Assembly (NCBI GenBank): GCA_005888755.1 | Contig: VBBQ01000033.1 | Coordinates: 17,705 to 79,362, forward strand | Direction: 5' to 3' | From: Candidatus Bathyarchaeota archaeon | GTDB lineage: Archaea; Thermoproteota; Bathyarchaeia; 40CM-2-53-6 | DNA: 61,658 bases | Shown here: positions 29,594-38,541 of the stretch, in pieces | Layout: each line of letters opens with the position of its first letter | Numbering within the stretch: position 1 is the first letter of the stretch | The notes under the pieces: generated by a model | The model's input: the letters and a program-made list of their open reading frames with translations, nothing else | Told to the model about the DNA's origin: nothing | The model's database searches: none | Made by a program: the position numbers and the translations under genes

Positions 29594-30394
29594 TTACCGC
29601 CGGCTTCGGCGCTTTCTCCCGCTGCTGCTGTGGAGGCGCCTGCCGTGGCTTACACTTCGAACACCGACTGGGCCTTTGATGACGATGCCGTCGGGTCCGA
29701 TGGCGAAGGCGTAGTCGTTCAGGCTGTGGCTTGTTCCACGCATCTTCCGGACGAACAGCTTTCGTATCGGCGAGCTCTGGCGGACGAGCGACAAGACCAT
29801 GACTCCGGTTGCTAGGAATTCTTCGATACCGTATCGGCTGATTAATCCTGAGCCTTCAACGATTTCCGTGGTCATCAGTGTCGTGCATCCGACATCTTTC
29901 AGGAGGAGTCCGACTTCAAGGAATATTTCTCGTAGGGTGTTGAGGTCGGTTACTCGGAAGCCGAATCCTGGTAGCGAGTCGACGACGAGTCTTGTTGCTC
30001 CGAGCTGTTCGACGAGTATCTTGACCTCAGAGAGTTTTGACCGTAGGTTGTAGAGGATTGATTGCAAGCTTTCCTGTTCAGTGACTTCTGATTCGACGCG
30101 CTGGTAGACCGCGTCCACCATGCCGATTTTCTTTTCTTGTTCTAGTTTCTTGAAGTCCCAGCCGAAGCGCAGCATGTTCGCTTTGAACTCGGAGGGTGGT
30201 TCTTCGGTGCTGACGTAGACTCCTGGTTCGCCGAACTTTGTGGCTCCTTTGTAGAGGTATTGTCCGCAGCATATTGTCTTCCCGCAGCCCGCTCCCCCAG
30301 CTAGGAGGACTCGGGCGCCTTTGGGGAAGCCGCCTTCGAGAACGTGGTCAAGGCCTGGGATCCCAGTATGGACCCTTTCGATCGCGGTTTCCAT
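29594..30394 (-). CDS. KaiC-like ATPase (single domain); probable acidic tail in another frame to 29428
   Basis: TGIPGLD...GGFP, GGAGCGKT, STEE, LVVDS, EEFLATG, KMRG. Confidence 0.9.
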   Translation of the reverse strand: METAIERVHTGIPGLDHVLEGGFPKGARVLLAGGAGCGKTICCGQYLYKGATKFGEPGVYVSTEEPPSEFKANMLRFGWDFKKLEQEKKIGMVDAVYQRVESEVTEQESLQSILYNLRSKLSEVKILVEQLGATRLVVDSLPGFGFRVTDLNTLREIFLEVGLLLKDVGCTTLMTTEIVEGSGLISRYGIEEFLATGVMVLSLVRQSSPIRKLFVRKMRGTSHSLNDYAFAIGPDGIVIKGPVGVRSVSHGRRLHSSSGRKRRSRR

Positions 30395-30644
30395 AATGGA
30401 CCAAAGGCTAGGGCGGCTGGAAGCTTCCATAAGGCTACAGTAACCCTGTGGCCAATCCACAAGTTACACCACCGATCGTTTCACAAACAGACCCTTTCAA
30501 GATGGCCGGGGTTTGATCGGCAACCATTGCTGCCTATCACAAAGGGCTTTGGACCGAAGGGGCTCCCAGCGCAGAATAGCGCCCATTCGAAGCCCCACGC
30601 ATGAAGCTCCCGACCTCCCTGGCTTGCTTCCAAAAATAGGCATT

Positions 30645-30694
30645 CTTTTCTTGTAACTATTTTTTTCTGGCAACTATCTTTTCTTGCTAACTAT
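30645..30694. repeat. Three tandem imperfect 16-17 bp T-rich repeats
   Basis: CTTTTCTTGTAACTAT / TTTTTTCTGGCAACTAT / CTTTTCTTGCTAACTAT read directly. Confidence 0.8.
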
Positions 30695-31055
30695 TATGCG
30701 ACCCCCCTGGTGGTCGATTTTCCAGCGCCCCGCCCTTCGTGAAAACGCTCGGAATCCACGTTCACCGGTTGCTACCTGGAGGTTCTTCCTTCGTGAAATC
30801 AGCCACCGCCACCTATTATCCCGTCACACAGCGGGCACCGTCAACGGCAAGAGAACGCGAGTCCGCGGCTCTCCGAAACAAGAACCTTGAGGCCCAAGTC
30901 TGTTAGCCAGCTTTGAACTACGACAATCATCACAACAATCCTAATGATTTCCTGGCCCCTTTCTTCCCCCCGGAAACGAGTATTCTTCCTCTCGGTTCCC
31001 CAAAGGGTTTTTAGCTTGAGGACTGGGGCTCCTCGAAGCTTCAGGCGAAAAAGCG

Positions 31056-31523
31056 GTGCCAGAACGAGGATACTCAGTTACGGGCTTGGACCCAGATCGT
31101 ACTGTGAAGTGTTCTGGCCGCCAACTCCGCATATCGCCGAAAGCATCGGTAGAGCTCTGTCGAACGATCAGGGGAATGAAGCTCCCTGACGCGAAAAGGC
31201 TTCTCGAACGCGTTATCGAATTGAAACAGGCAGTCGCCTACCGCCGGTTTCACAAAGAAGTCCCGCACAGGCGACAGCTTAACGAGCACTTCTATGCGGG
31301 CCGTTTCCCACAAAAAGCCGCGGGCAGACTCTTCAAGCTTCTAGAGGAACTAGAAGCAAGCGCTGAGTATCGGAATCTGGACCCGGAACGGCTGAAAATA
31401 ATTCATGCGGCCGCGCAGCGCGGGACAAAGGTTCCTAAGAGAAACCCGCGAGCCTTCGGCAGATCCGATCTTTTGCAGGGAACCATGACGCATATCGAAC
31501 TCGTCGGCTACGAGCTGGAATGA
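31056..31523 (+). CDS. rpl22: 50S ribosomal protein uL22
   Basis: RISPKASVELC, GRFPQKAA, PRAFGR, HIEL. Confidence 0.95.
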   Translation: MPERGYSVTGLDPDRTVKCSGRQLRISPKASVELCRTIRGMKLPDAKRLLERVIELKQAVAYRRFHKEVPHRRQLNEHFYAGRFPQKAAGRLFKLLEELEASAEYRNLDPERLKIIHAAAQRGTKVPKRNPRAFGRSDLLQGTMTHIELVGYELE

Positions 31524-31526
31524 TCA

Positions 31527-32279
31527 TTGTCGGTCACCAAGTATTTTGTCAAAGATGTTTCTCGACGTCTTGAGATAGACGAGCACCTCGCGCTAGAGCT
31601 AAAACGCGCCGGCTACAGCCACGTCGAGCTGACAAAGAGTCCGGTCGGGACGAGAGTCGTGATCTACGCCGCGAAACCTGGAATGGTTATCGGCCGAAGA
31701 GGCCAGAGCATTCGAGATCTCACAAAGGTTCTGGAGGAGAAATTCCACATCGAAAACCCGCAACTCTCCGTTGCCAATATTGAAGTCCCTGAGCAGGACC
31801 CCAAGGTTGTCGCATCCCAGGTCGCCTCAGCTCTCCAGCGGGGAGTGCACTTCCGACGCGCAGCATACTGGGCCATTCAAAGAGTGATGGAATCACAAGC
31901 CCTCGGCGTCGAGATCACCATCCGCGGAAAACTCACAACAGAACGATCACGTTTTGAGAAGTTCAAAGCCGGCTACCTGCCGAGAGTCGGAGACCCCGTG
32001 CTGAAGAGCGTAAAGACCGCAGTCGCGGATGTCCAATTGAAGCAGGGCCTTTTCGGAATCAACGTTCGCATTCTGCCACCACAAGTCGACTACATTGACA
32101 AGCCCATCATGCTAACGCCGCCTGCAGAAACCACGCCCAAACCAGCCGCTCAGGCGAAGGAAGCGGAACCAATTGCCATGCCCGTGGTAGAAGTCGAGGT
32201 AGAGACTACGGCCGGGGATGTTGCGGTTGTCGTAGAGGACAAGGAGGAAGAGGAAACTGGCGATTCTGAGAAAGCGTGA
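31527..32279 (+). CDS. rps3: 30S ribosomal protein uS3
   Basis: KH domain KPGMVIGRRG, FRRAAY; acidic C-terminal tail. Confidence 0.95.
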   Translation: MSVTKYFVKDVSRRLEIDEHLALELKRAGYSHVELTKSPVGTRVVIYAAKPGMVIGRRGQSIRDLTKVLEEKFHIENPQLSVANIEVPEQDPKVVASQVASALQRGVHFRRAAYWAIQRVMESQALGVEITIRGKLTTERSRFEKFKAGYLPRVGDPVLKSVKTAVADVQLKQGLFGINVRILPPQVDYIDKPIMLTPPAETTPKPAAQAKEAEPIAMPVVEVEVETTAGDVAVVVEDKEEEETGDSEKA

Positions 32280-32475
32280 GCTCAACCAGATGCTCCCCGA
32301 GGAGCGACGGAAGAAGGTAACAGAACTGCGCGCCGAACTAACCAATATTCGAACATCAGTAAAGTCAGGCGGAACCGTAGACAACCCGGCTCGAATACGC
32401 GAGCTCCGCAAGACAATCGCCCGTCTGCTGACACTTGAGAACTCGCCCACGAAACCGTCACCGGAGGTTGCGTAG
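32257..32475 (+). CDS. rpl29: 50S ribosomal protein uL29 (probable CTG start)
   Basis: (M)AILRKRELNQM...NPARIRELRKTIARLLT; in-frame CTG at 32257 after a purine-rich SD-like stretch. Confidence 0.9.
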   Translation: MAILRKRELNQMLPEERRKKVTELRAELTNIRTSVKSGGTVDNPARIRELRKTIARLLTLENSPTKPSPEVA

Positions 32476-32479
32476 AATC

Positions 32480-32755
32480 ATGATAACTTCACAGAATATC
32501 ACCGCTCACGAATGGATCGGGCTCAAAGTCGAGATAGCAAAATCCACAGACCCAACCCTGCAAGGACTGGAAGGAATAGTCCGCGACGAGACAATGAACA
32601 CGTTCACCATAGAAGCAAAGGGAAAACTTCGACAAGTCCAGAAACAGAAAACAATCTTCTCAGCCAAGCTTCCAGCAGAGAACGTCGAGGTCGACGGCTC
32701 TCTCTTGAGGTTCCGGCCCGAGGATAGAGTGAAGAAGGGAACGCGGAAATGGTAG
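32480..32755 (+). CDS. rnp1: RNase P protein subunit Rpp29
   Basis: HEWIGL, GIVRDETMNT, G.LL.FRPEDR; position between L29 and S17. Confidence 0.9.
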   Translation: MITSQNITAHEWIGLKVEIAKSTDPTLQGLEGIVRDETMNTFTIEAKGKLRQVQKQKTIFSAKLPAENVEVDGSLLRFRPEDRVKKGTRKW

Positions 32756-33084
32756 TCCGAAACACCGGGCTGAACGTCAAAGCCCCAAAAACAGGATGCA
32801 ACGACCCCCTCTGCCCATTCCACGGACACCTCTCAGTTAGAGGAAGAGTCTTCGAAGGAACAGTCGCAGGCTCCCGATCCCCCAAGACCGTCTCGGTAGA
32901 ACGAGCATACCTACACTACTACACGAAATACAGCAGATACGAGAGGCGCAGAAGCAAAACCCTCGCCCACAACCCACCATGCATTTCAGCAGCAGAAGGC
33001 GACAAGGTCACAATCGCAGAATGCAGACCTCTAAGCAAAGAAGTCACCTTTGTCGTCGTTGAAAAGACCGGAGGCGTAGCCTAG
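32749..33084 (+). CDS. rps17: 30S ribosomal protein uS17
   Basis: [21 protein letters not shown]. Confidence 0.95.
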   Translation: MVVRNTGLNVKAPKTGCNDPLCPFHGHLSVRGRVFEGTVAGSRSPKTVSVERAYLHYYTKYSRYERRRSKTLAHNPPCISAAEGDKVTIAECRPLSKEVTFVVVEKTGGVA

Positions 33085-33521
33085 TGCCCGCACCCAAGAC
33101 CCGAGCAGTCAGCGCTCGAGGAATGATCGAGTACCGGCCCAAGGTCGCGCGCGGTCTACCCGTCGGGTCCCGGATGACTTGTGCTGACAACACTGGTGCT
33201 AAGGAATTGAAGCTCATAAACGTCCGCGGCTACCACGGCAGACTCCGACGTGTTCCAGCAGCCTGCGTGGGAGACATGGTAATGATCACAGTAATGAAAG
33301 GCTCACCAACACTCAGAAAACAGGTCTTTCCCGCTGTCGTCGTACGACAAGCAAGAGCAATTCGTCGACCCGATGGCACCCGTCTCAGTTTCGAAGACAA
33401 CGCAGCGGTCATCATGACTCCCGAGGGCGAGCTCAAAGGCACAGAGATCCGTGGACCGGTGGCGAAGGAGGCTGCTGAGAGATGGCCGAGAGTCGCGAAC
33501 CTAGCGAGCACGGTGATCTAG
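33084..33521 (+). CDS. rpl14: 50S ribosomal protein uL14
   Basis: [27 protein letters not shown]. Confidence 0.96.
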   Translation: MPAPKTRAVSARGMIEYRPKVARGLPVGSRMTCADNTGAKELKLINVRGYHGRLRRVPAACVGDMVMITVMKGSPTLRKQVFPAVVVRQARAIRRPDGTRLSFEDNAAVIMTPEGELKGTEIRGPVAKEAAERWPRVANLASTVI

Positions 33522-33522
33522 A

Positions 33523-33894
33523 ATGGTTACCTCCAAGCCGTCTAAACAGAGGAAGATGTTCTTCAACGCCCCAGCACATAAACGACGCCGAATGCTCGCC
33601 GCTCGACTATCTGATGATCTCACGAAGAACCACAAAGTCCGACGGCTCCCGGTAAGGACTGGCGACAGTGTCCGCGTCATGAGAGGAGACTTCGCGGGAC
33701 TAGAGGGAAAAGTCCAGAGGGTAGACTATTCCAACGGTAGAATCTTCGTAGAGGGAATGTCACGAGAGAAATCTGCCGGCGTGGCATCCCAGCTTCCTGT
33801 ACACGTCACGAAAGTCCGGATAACCAACCTCAATCTCTCAGACAAGTGGCGCAGCGGACTATTAGCCGAGCGAGGAAAACCCCGAGAGGAATAA
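33523..33894 (+). CDS. rpl24: 50S ribosomal protein uL24
   Basis: KQRK...NAPAH, KOW motif GDSVRVMRGDF. Confidence 0.95.
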   Translation: MVTSKPSKQRKMFFNAPAHKRRRMLAARLSDDLTKNHKVRRLPVRTGDSVRVMRGDFAGLEGKVQRVDYSNGRIFVEGMSREKSAGVASQLPVHVTKVRITNLNLSDKWRSGLLAERGKPREE

Positions 33895-33897
33895 GAC

Positions 33898-34641
33898 ATG
33901 GCGAGAAAGTTCGGTCCCAGACAGCTCAAACGAGAACCCTCACCGGGGTTCTGGCCAATCCACCGGAAAGAACACACCTGGGCACCTAGGACACACCCCG
34001 GGCCGCACGCACGCGAAAAAAGCCTACCACTCATGGTAATCGTCCGCGAATCACTCGGGCTCGCAAACATCGCAAAAGAGGCGATCAGAATCATAAGCCA
34101 GGGAAAAGTCAAGGTCGACGGGGTCGTCCGACGTGACCGCCGATTCCCCGTCGGACTGATGGATATAGTCCAGATCGAAGGCATACCACAAGTCTATCGG
34201 GCCTTACCAAAGCCGAACAGAGGACTCGTTCTCTCACCAGCCCTGGACAAGGAAGCTGCCTACAAGATCTGCAAGATAGTCGGAAAACAGAACGTGCCAG
34301 GTGGAAAGTTACAGTACAGCCTCCATGACGGAAGAACCTTGCTCACGACGGCAAAGGACACGAGGCCTGGTAACGAGGAACTCGCAGTGGGAGGCGCGAT
34401 CCAGCTGAGCTTTCCAGTACAGAAAATTGTCAAGTACGTTCCATTCCAGGTCGGAGCCCTCGGACTCGTCATCGACGGAAGAAACCAAGGATACTACGGA
34501 AAGATCACAGCCATCACTCCAGGAACCTACGCGCGCCGGAAAATCGTGAGAATCGAGACCGGAGCAGAAGGCTTCGAAACCCCTGCCGACTATGTAATAC
34601 CAATCGGAACCGAATCGCCGCTCGTAACGCTGGAGAAGTGA
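33898..34641 (+). CDS. rps4e: 30S ribosomal protein eS4
   Basis: PGPH, KVDGVVRRD..FPVGLMD, LHDGR. Confidence 0.95.
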   Translation: MARKFGPRQLKREPSPGFWPIHRKEHTWAPRTHPGPHAREKSLPLMVIVRESLGLANIAKEAIRIISQGKVKVDGVVRRDRRFPVGLMDIVQIEGIPQVYRALPKPNRGLVLSPALDKEAAYKICKIVGKQNVPGGKLQYSLHDGRTLLTTAKDTRPGNEELAVGGAIQLSFPVQKIVKYVPFQVGALGLVIDGRNQGYYGKITAITPGTYARRKIVRIETGAEGFETPADYVIPIGTESPLVTLEK

Positions 34642-35183
34642 TCGATATGCAAGCAGCTGAGACTCCAACCAAAACAAATCAGATGTTGAACATCAGGATC
34701 GGAAAAGTCACTATCAACATCGCCACGGGAAAATCGGGCGAGCCACTGGAGAAGGCTAAGAAGGTGCTGACTCAGCTTACCAACAAGACCCCGACTACCA
34801 AGCTTGCAAAGAAAGCGATCAAAGACTGGGGAATCCGAAAGGGCGAACCTATAGCGACAGTTGTAACGCTCCGGCGCGAAGAAGCAGGCAAATTCCTCAC
34901 CCGGGCTCTGGATGCAGTCTCGAACAAAGTCAACGATTCATGCTTCGACGACTATGGGAATTTCTCGTTTGGAATCAAAGAACACATCGAAATACCTGGG
35001 ACTAGATACGTTCCGGAGCTGGGCATCTTCGGCGCCACCGTCCACGTCACTCTAGAGCGCCCGGGATACCGGTTGAGAGCTCGTTCAATACGTCCAGCGA
35101 AGATCGGGAAAGATCACTATGTTTCGAAAAAGGATGCTATTCAGTTCATCCAGGAAAACTTCAGAACGCAGGTAGGAACCTGA
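34638..35183 (+). CDS. rpl5: 50S ribosomal protein uL5
   Basis: GIRKGEPI, GNFSFGIKEHIEIPG, LERPGYR. Confidence 0.95.
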   Translation: MIDMQAAETPTKTNQMLNIRIGKVTINIATGKSGEPLEKAKKVLTQLTNKTPTTKLAKKAIKDWGIRKGEPIATVVTLRREEAGKFLTRALDAVSNKVNDSCFDDYGNFSFGIKEHIEIPGTRYVPELGIFGATVHVTLERPGYRLRARSIRPAKIGKDHYVSKKDAIQFIQENFRTQVGT

Positions 35184-35189
35184 TAACAG

Positions 35190-35354
35190 ATGGCGAAGAT
35201 AAAGCCGAAAAAAATCCGAAAGTACGGCAAAGGTGCGAGACCGTGCAAACGCTGCGGTCAGTATGGACCCATAGTCAGAAAGTACGGGCTGAACTTCTGC
35301 CGACAGTGCTTCAGAGAAGTCGCAGTCGGCCTCGGATTCAAAAAGTACATGTGA
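35190..35354 (+). CDS. rps14: 30S ribosomal protein uS14 (Zn-binding)
   Basis: Manual translation [54 protein letters not shown]; below the ORF-track cutoff. Confidence 0.95.
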   Translation: MAKIKPKKIRKYGKGARPCKRCGQYGPIVRKYGLNFCRQCFREVAVGLGFKKYM

Positions 35355-35361
35355 TCAGACA

Positions 35362-35745
35362 ATGGAACCAATCTCAAACATGTTCTCAGCCATCCTCAAC
35401 AACGAGCGGAGACACAAACACGACTGCATCGTCTACCCCGCCTCAAAACTCATGGGACAAGTACTACGAGTGATGCAAAAATACGGCTACGTAGGCGAAT
35501 TCGAATTCGTAGACGACGGCCGCGGCGGAAAGTTCAAAATCCAACTCCTAGGCAGAGTAAACAACTGCGGCAGCGTCAGGCCCAGATTCTCCTCCACCGT
35601 GACAGAATACGAAAAGTGGGGGAAACGATACCTCCCGTCCCGAGATGTTGGAATCCTAATCGTAACCACACCAAAAGGCGTTGTAGCTCACAAGGAAGCG
35701 AGAGACATGGCATCCGGAGGCCTACTGTTGGGTTACGTCTACTAG
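35362..35745 (+). CDS. rps8: 30S ribosomal protein uS8
   Basis: GYVGEFEFVDDGRGG, ILIVTTPKG, GGLLLGYVY. Confidence 0.95.
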   Translation: MEPISNMFSAILNNERRHKHDCIVYPASKLMGQVLRVMQKYGYVGEFEFVDDGRGGKFKIQLLGRVNNCGSVRPRFSSTVTEYEKWGKRYLPSRDVGILIVTTPKGVVAHKEARDMASGGLLLGYVY

Positions 35746-36333
35746 GTGGCCAGTATGACGCGTTTCGAAACTCTCCAACGCACGATTCAAGTTCCCGACG
35801 GCGTCACCGTTCAAGTCGAAGGGAAAACTGTGAAGGTCAAAGGCCCCCTCGGAACACTCCACGAGGACTTGTCCCACCTGCCGGTTACCTTCACCCTGAG
35901 CGGTGGAGAGGTCCAAGTCTCAGTCACCTGGCCTCGTAAACGAGAGATCGGAATGCTAGGCACGGCCGCCGCCCATATCCGGAACATGATCAGAGGCGTA
36001 ACCAAAGGCTACAGGTACAATCTCAGAACCGTGTACGCTCACTTCCCAGTCACCGTAAAGGTCGACGAAAAAGCAAGAGCACTCAAGGTCGAAAACTTCA
36101 CTGGCGAAAAGACACCGAGATCTGCGCAGATACTTGACGGCGTAAAAGTCGCAGTCAAAGGCGACGATATCACCGTTGAAGGGATAGATATCAAAGCTGT
36201 AAGCCAGACCGCGGCCAACATACAGAACTCGACAAAGATCAAGAAGAAAGATCTCCGAGTCTTCCTAGACGGTATTTACATCGACACGAAGACCAGTCTC
36301 GAGACGCCTGCCGGGCCGGTGAAAGTGAAGTAG
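35746..36333 (+). CDS. rpl6: 50S ribosomal protein uL6
   Basis: VKGPLG, NMIRGVT, YAHFP, KDLRVFLDGIY. Confidence 0.95.
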   Translation: MASMTRFETLQRTIQVPDGVTVQVEGKTVKVKGPLGTLHEDLSHLPVTFTLSGGEVQVSVTWPRKREIGMLGTAAAHIRNMIRGVTKGYRYNLRTVYAHFPVTVKVDEKARALKVENFTGEKTPRSAQILDGVKVAVKGDDITVEGIDIKAVSQTAANIQNSTKIKKKDLRVFLDGIYIDTKTSLETPAGPVKVK

Positions 36334-36335
36334 AA

Positions 36336-36857
36336 ATGGCGAACAATAGCAAGCCCGCGTTCAACCGGCAAGAAAGCTGGCGCTACAAGCGTGTAAAGCC
36401 AGCATGGAGGCGAGCCCGCGGCGTCACAAGCAAGATCAGAAAGGAAGAATCCGGCTGGCCCGCGAAAGTCAAGGTAGGATACGGAACGGCTGCGGCAACG
36501 AGGGGGCTACATCCACGAGGACTACAGGAACGTCTCATTCATCGACTGGCAGAACTTGAAGGACTGGATCCGAAGATCCACATCATCAGAATCTCCGCTC
36601 GGGTCGGAGAACGGAAAAGACTAGCCTTGCTTGACCAGATACGCCATCGAAACTTCCACATCGCCAATCCAGGCAAGGAAGAAGGGAAACCGGTGACAAC
36701 CGAAGAGCCAGTCACGGGAGAGGCTTCCAGTTCAAAGGAAACCCAAACTCAATCCAAGCCAATCGAGATAGAGGAAGAAACAGAGGAGAGCGCTGAACCC
36801 GAAACGATGGAGGAGTCAGCGAAAGACGAAACTAACGAGGAGGAAGAAGAGAAGTGA
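36336..36857 (+). CDS. rpl32e: 50S ribosomal protein eL32 with acidic C-terminal extension
   Basis: FNRQES, WRRARG, VGYG, RGLHP. Confidence 0.92.
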   Translation: MANNSKPAFNRQESWRYKRVKPAWRRARGVTSKIRKEESGWPAKVKVGYGTAAATRGLHPRGLQERLIHRLAELEGLDPKIHIIRISARVGERKRLALLDQIRHRNFHIANPGKEEGKPVTTEEPVTGEASSSKETQTQSKPIEIEEETEESAEPETMEESAKDETNEEEEEK

Positions 36858-37282
36858 GCCTGAAGAGCCAACGACGGCTCGCAGCCAGTCTTCTGGGCTC
36901 CGGCCAGAGCAGAATCTGGATAGACCCCGAGGAAACCATTAGGGTCGAGTCTGCAATTACGCGTCAAGAGGTCAAGTCTCTAATCGATAGCGGCAGGATC
37001 CGATTACTTCAGAAGAGGGGTGTTAGCAGAGGCCGCCACCGATTGAAATCCGGCCGACGAAAGAAAGCTGGAAGCCGAAAAGGCGGGCAGAATCCCGGCA
37101 AGGAAGCCTGGGTCCTGAAGATTAGAGCGATCCGACGACATCTCCGGTTCTTGAGGGACAAGAGACAGTTGGCCCCTGCCAGCTACAAGCTTCTGTTGGG
37201 TATGTCGAAGGGAGGGGCGTTCCGAAGCCGCTCGCACGTCGATGAGTATGTAAAGGCCCACCAGCTGCTGAGGAAGCGTTAG
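36854..37282 (+). CDS. rpl19e: 50S ribosomal protein eL19
   Basis: QRRLAA, RIWIDP, GSRKG, KGGAF. Confidence 0.95.
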   Translation: MSLKSQRRLAASLLGSGQSRIWIDPEETIRVESAITRQEVKSLIDSGRIRLLQKRGVSRGRHRLKSGRRKKAGSRKGGQNPGKEAWVLKIRAIRRHLRFLRDKRQLAPASYKLLLGMSKGGAFRSRSHVDEYVKAHQLLRKR

Positions 37283-37285
37283 ACG

Positions 37286-37885
37286 ATGGCTGACGGTCCA
37301 CGATACTCAGTTCCCTTCAGGCGCAGACGAGAAGGCAGAACGGACTACAAGCTTCGTCGAGCCCTTGTGCGGTCGGGGAAACCGAGAGCGGTTGTCCGGG
37401 TGACTAACAAGTATGTTTACGTCCAGATTACGGATGCCGAGCTTCGCGGGGATATCGTGCGGGTTGCGGCATCATCTAAGGAGCTCGCGAAGATGGGATG
37501 GAAGGGAGCAACGGGAAATATTCCATCAGCCTACCTAACCGGGGCGCTGGCCGCGCGTCGCGCTCTGGCGAAGGGAATCAAGGAGGCCATTCTAGACATC
37601 GGCTTGAAATCCTCGACCAAGGGCTCCAAGTTGTTCGCCGTCTTGAAAGGTCTCTCGGACGCCGGGCTCGAGGTTCCACACTCCGACGGTCCAATCCCTG
37701 CCAAGGACCGGATTGGCGGAGCCCATATTTCCGAGTATGCAAAGAAGCTCTCCGGCGAAACGGACGTGTACCGGAAAACGTTCAGCGGATACTTGAAACG
37801 GGGTCTGAAACCAGAAGAACTCTCCAAACACTTCGAACAGGTCAGAGAACAGATTCAATCAGCACCTATTGAGGCGAAAGCATGA
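37286..37885 (+). CDS. rpl18: 50S ribosomal protein uL18
   Basis: FRRRREGRTDY, N.PSAYLTG, LDIGL. Confidence 0.95.
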   Translation: MADGPRYSVPFRRRREGRTDYKLRRALVRSGKPRAVVRVTNKYVYVQITDAELRGDIVRVAASSKELAKMGWKGATGNIPSAYLTGALAARRALAKGIKEAILDIGLKSSTKGSKLFAVLKGLSDAGLEVPHSDGPIPAKDRIGGAHISEYAKKLSGETDVYRKTFSGYLKRGLKPEELSKHFEQVREQIQSAPIEAKA

Positions 37886-38538
37886 GCCAGAGACCCTACC
37901 AGGGGGGCGGCGGGAGGCCTGGTCAAGAGGTAGGGTGGGTTCCAAAGACCAAGCTTGGAAAGCTCGTCCAAGCAGGCGAAATCGTTTCAATGGAAGAAAT
38001 ATTCACACAGGGCATGAGGATCAAAGAGCCAGAGATCGTTGACACGCTCTTACCGAATATCCAGCAGGAGGTCTTGGGAATTGGATTCGTCCAGAAACAG
38101 ACTGACGCTGGTGAGAGGTCAAGATTCCGAGCCATAGTCGCAGTCGGAAACGGCGATGGCTACATTGGTGTTGGCGAGGGAAAGGCACGGCAGGTTCGTA
38201 CGGCTATTGACAAGGGGACGATACAAGCCAAGCTCAATGTGGTCCCGGTTCGTAGAGGATGTGGAAGCTGGGAATGCCGCTGTGGCAGACAACACACTGT
38301 GCCATTCAGCGTTGTTGGGAAATGTGGTAGCGTGAGAGTGCACGTTCTTCCAAGCCCGAGAGGACTTGGACTTGTCGCTGGGGAGATACCGAAGCAGGTT
38401 TTGAGGCTGGCTGGAGTTAAGGACTGTTGGACGCGAACCTACGGGTCCACGTCGACACTCACCTCTTCAGCCCTCGCAGTGTTCGATGCTTTAGTTCAGA
38501 CATACAACGTGGTTACCCAACAGGACTGGGTGGCGTAG
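37882..38538 (+). CDS. rps5: 30S ribosomal protein uS5
   Basis: WVPKTKLG, VQKQTDAG, RGCGSWEC, PRGLGLVA. Confidence 0.96.
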   Translation: MSQRPYQGGGGRPGQEVGWVPKTKLGKLVQAGEIVSMEEIFTQGMRIKEPEIVDTLLPNIQQEVLGIGFVQKQTDAGERSRFRAIVAVGNGDGYIGVGEGKARQVRTAIDKGTIQAKLNVVPVRRGCGSWECRCGRQHTVPFSVVGKCGSVRVHVLPSPRGLGLVAGEIPKQVLRLAGVKDCWTRTYGSTSTLTSSALAVFDALVQTYNVVTQQDWVA

Positions 38539-38541
38539 GAT

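Noticed and set aside
28710-30394. KaiC pair as a circadian clock or as RadA/RadB
   Set aside because: Single-domain proteins, no kaiA/kaiB, and no RadA N-terminal domain or DNA-binding loop motifs
30540-30630. GC-rich hairpins as SRP or RNase P RNA
   Set aside because: Signature motifs of either RNA could not be found by eye; a covariance-model search would be needed
30645-30694. Tandem repeats as a CRISPR array
   Set aside because: Units are 16-17 bp, adjacent, without spacers, and no cas genes are present
30684-31189. Short ORFs upstream of L22 as rps19 or other genes
   Set aside because: Translations show no S19 motifs and no protein-like pattern
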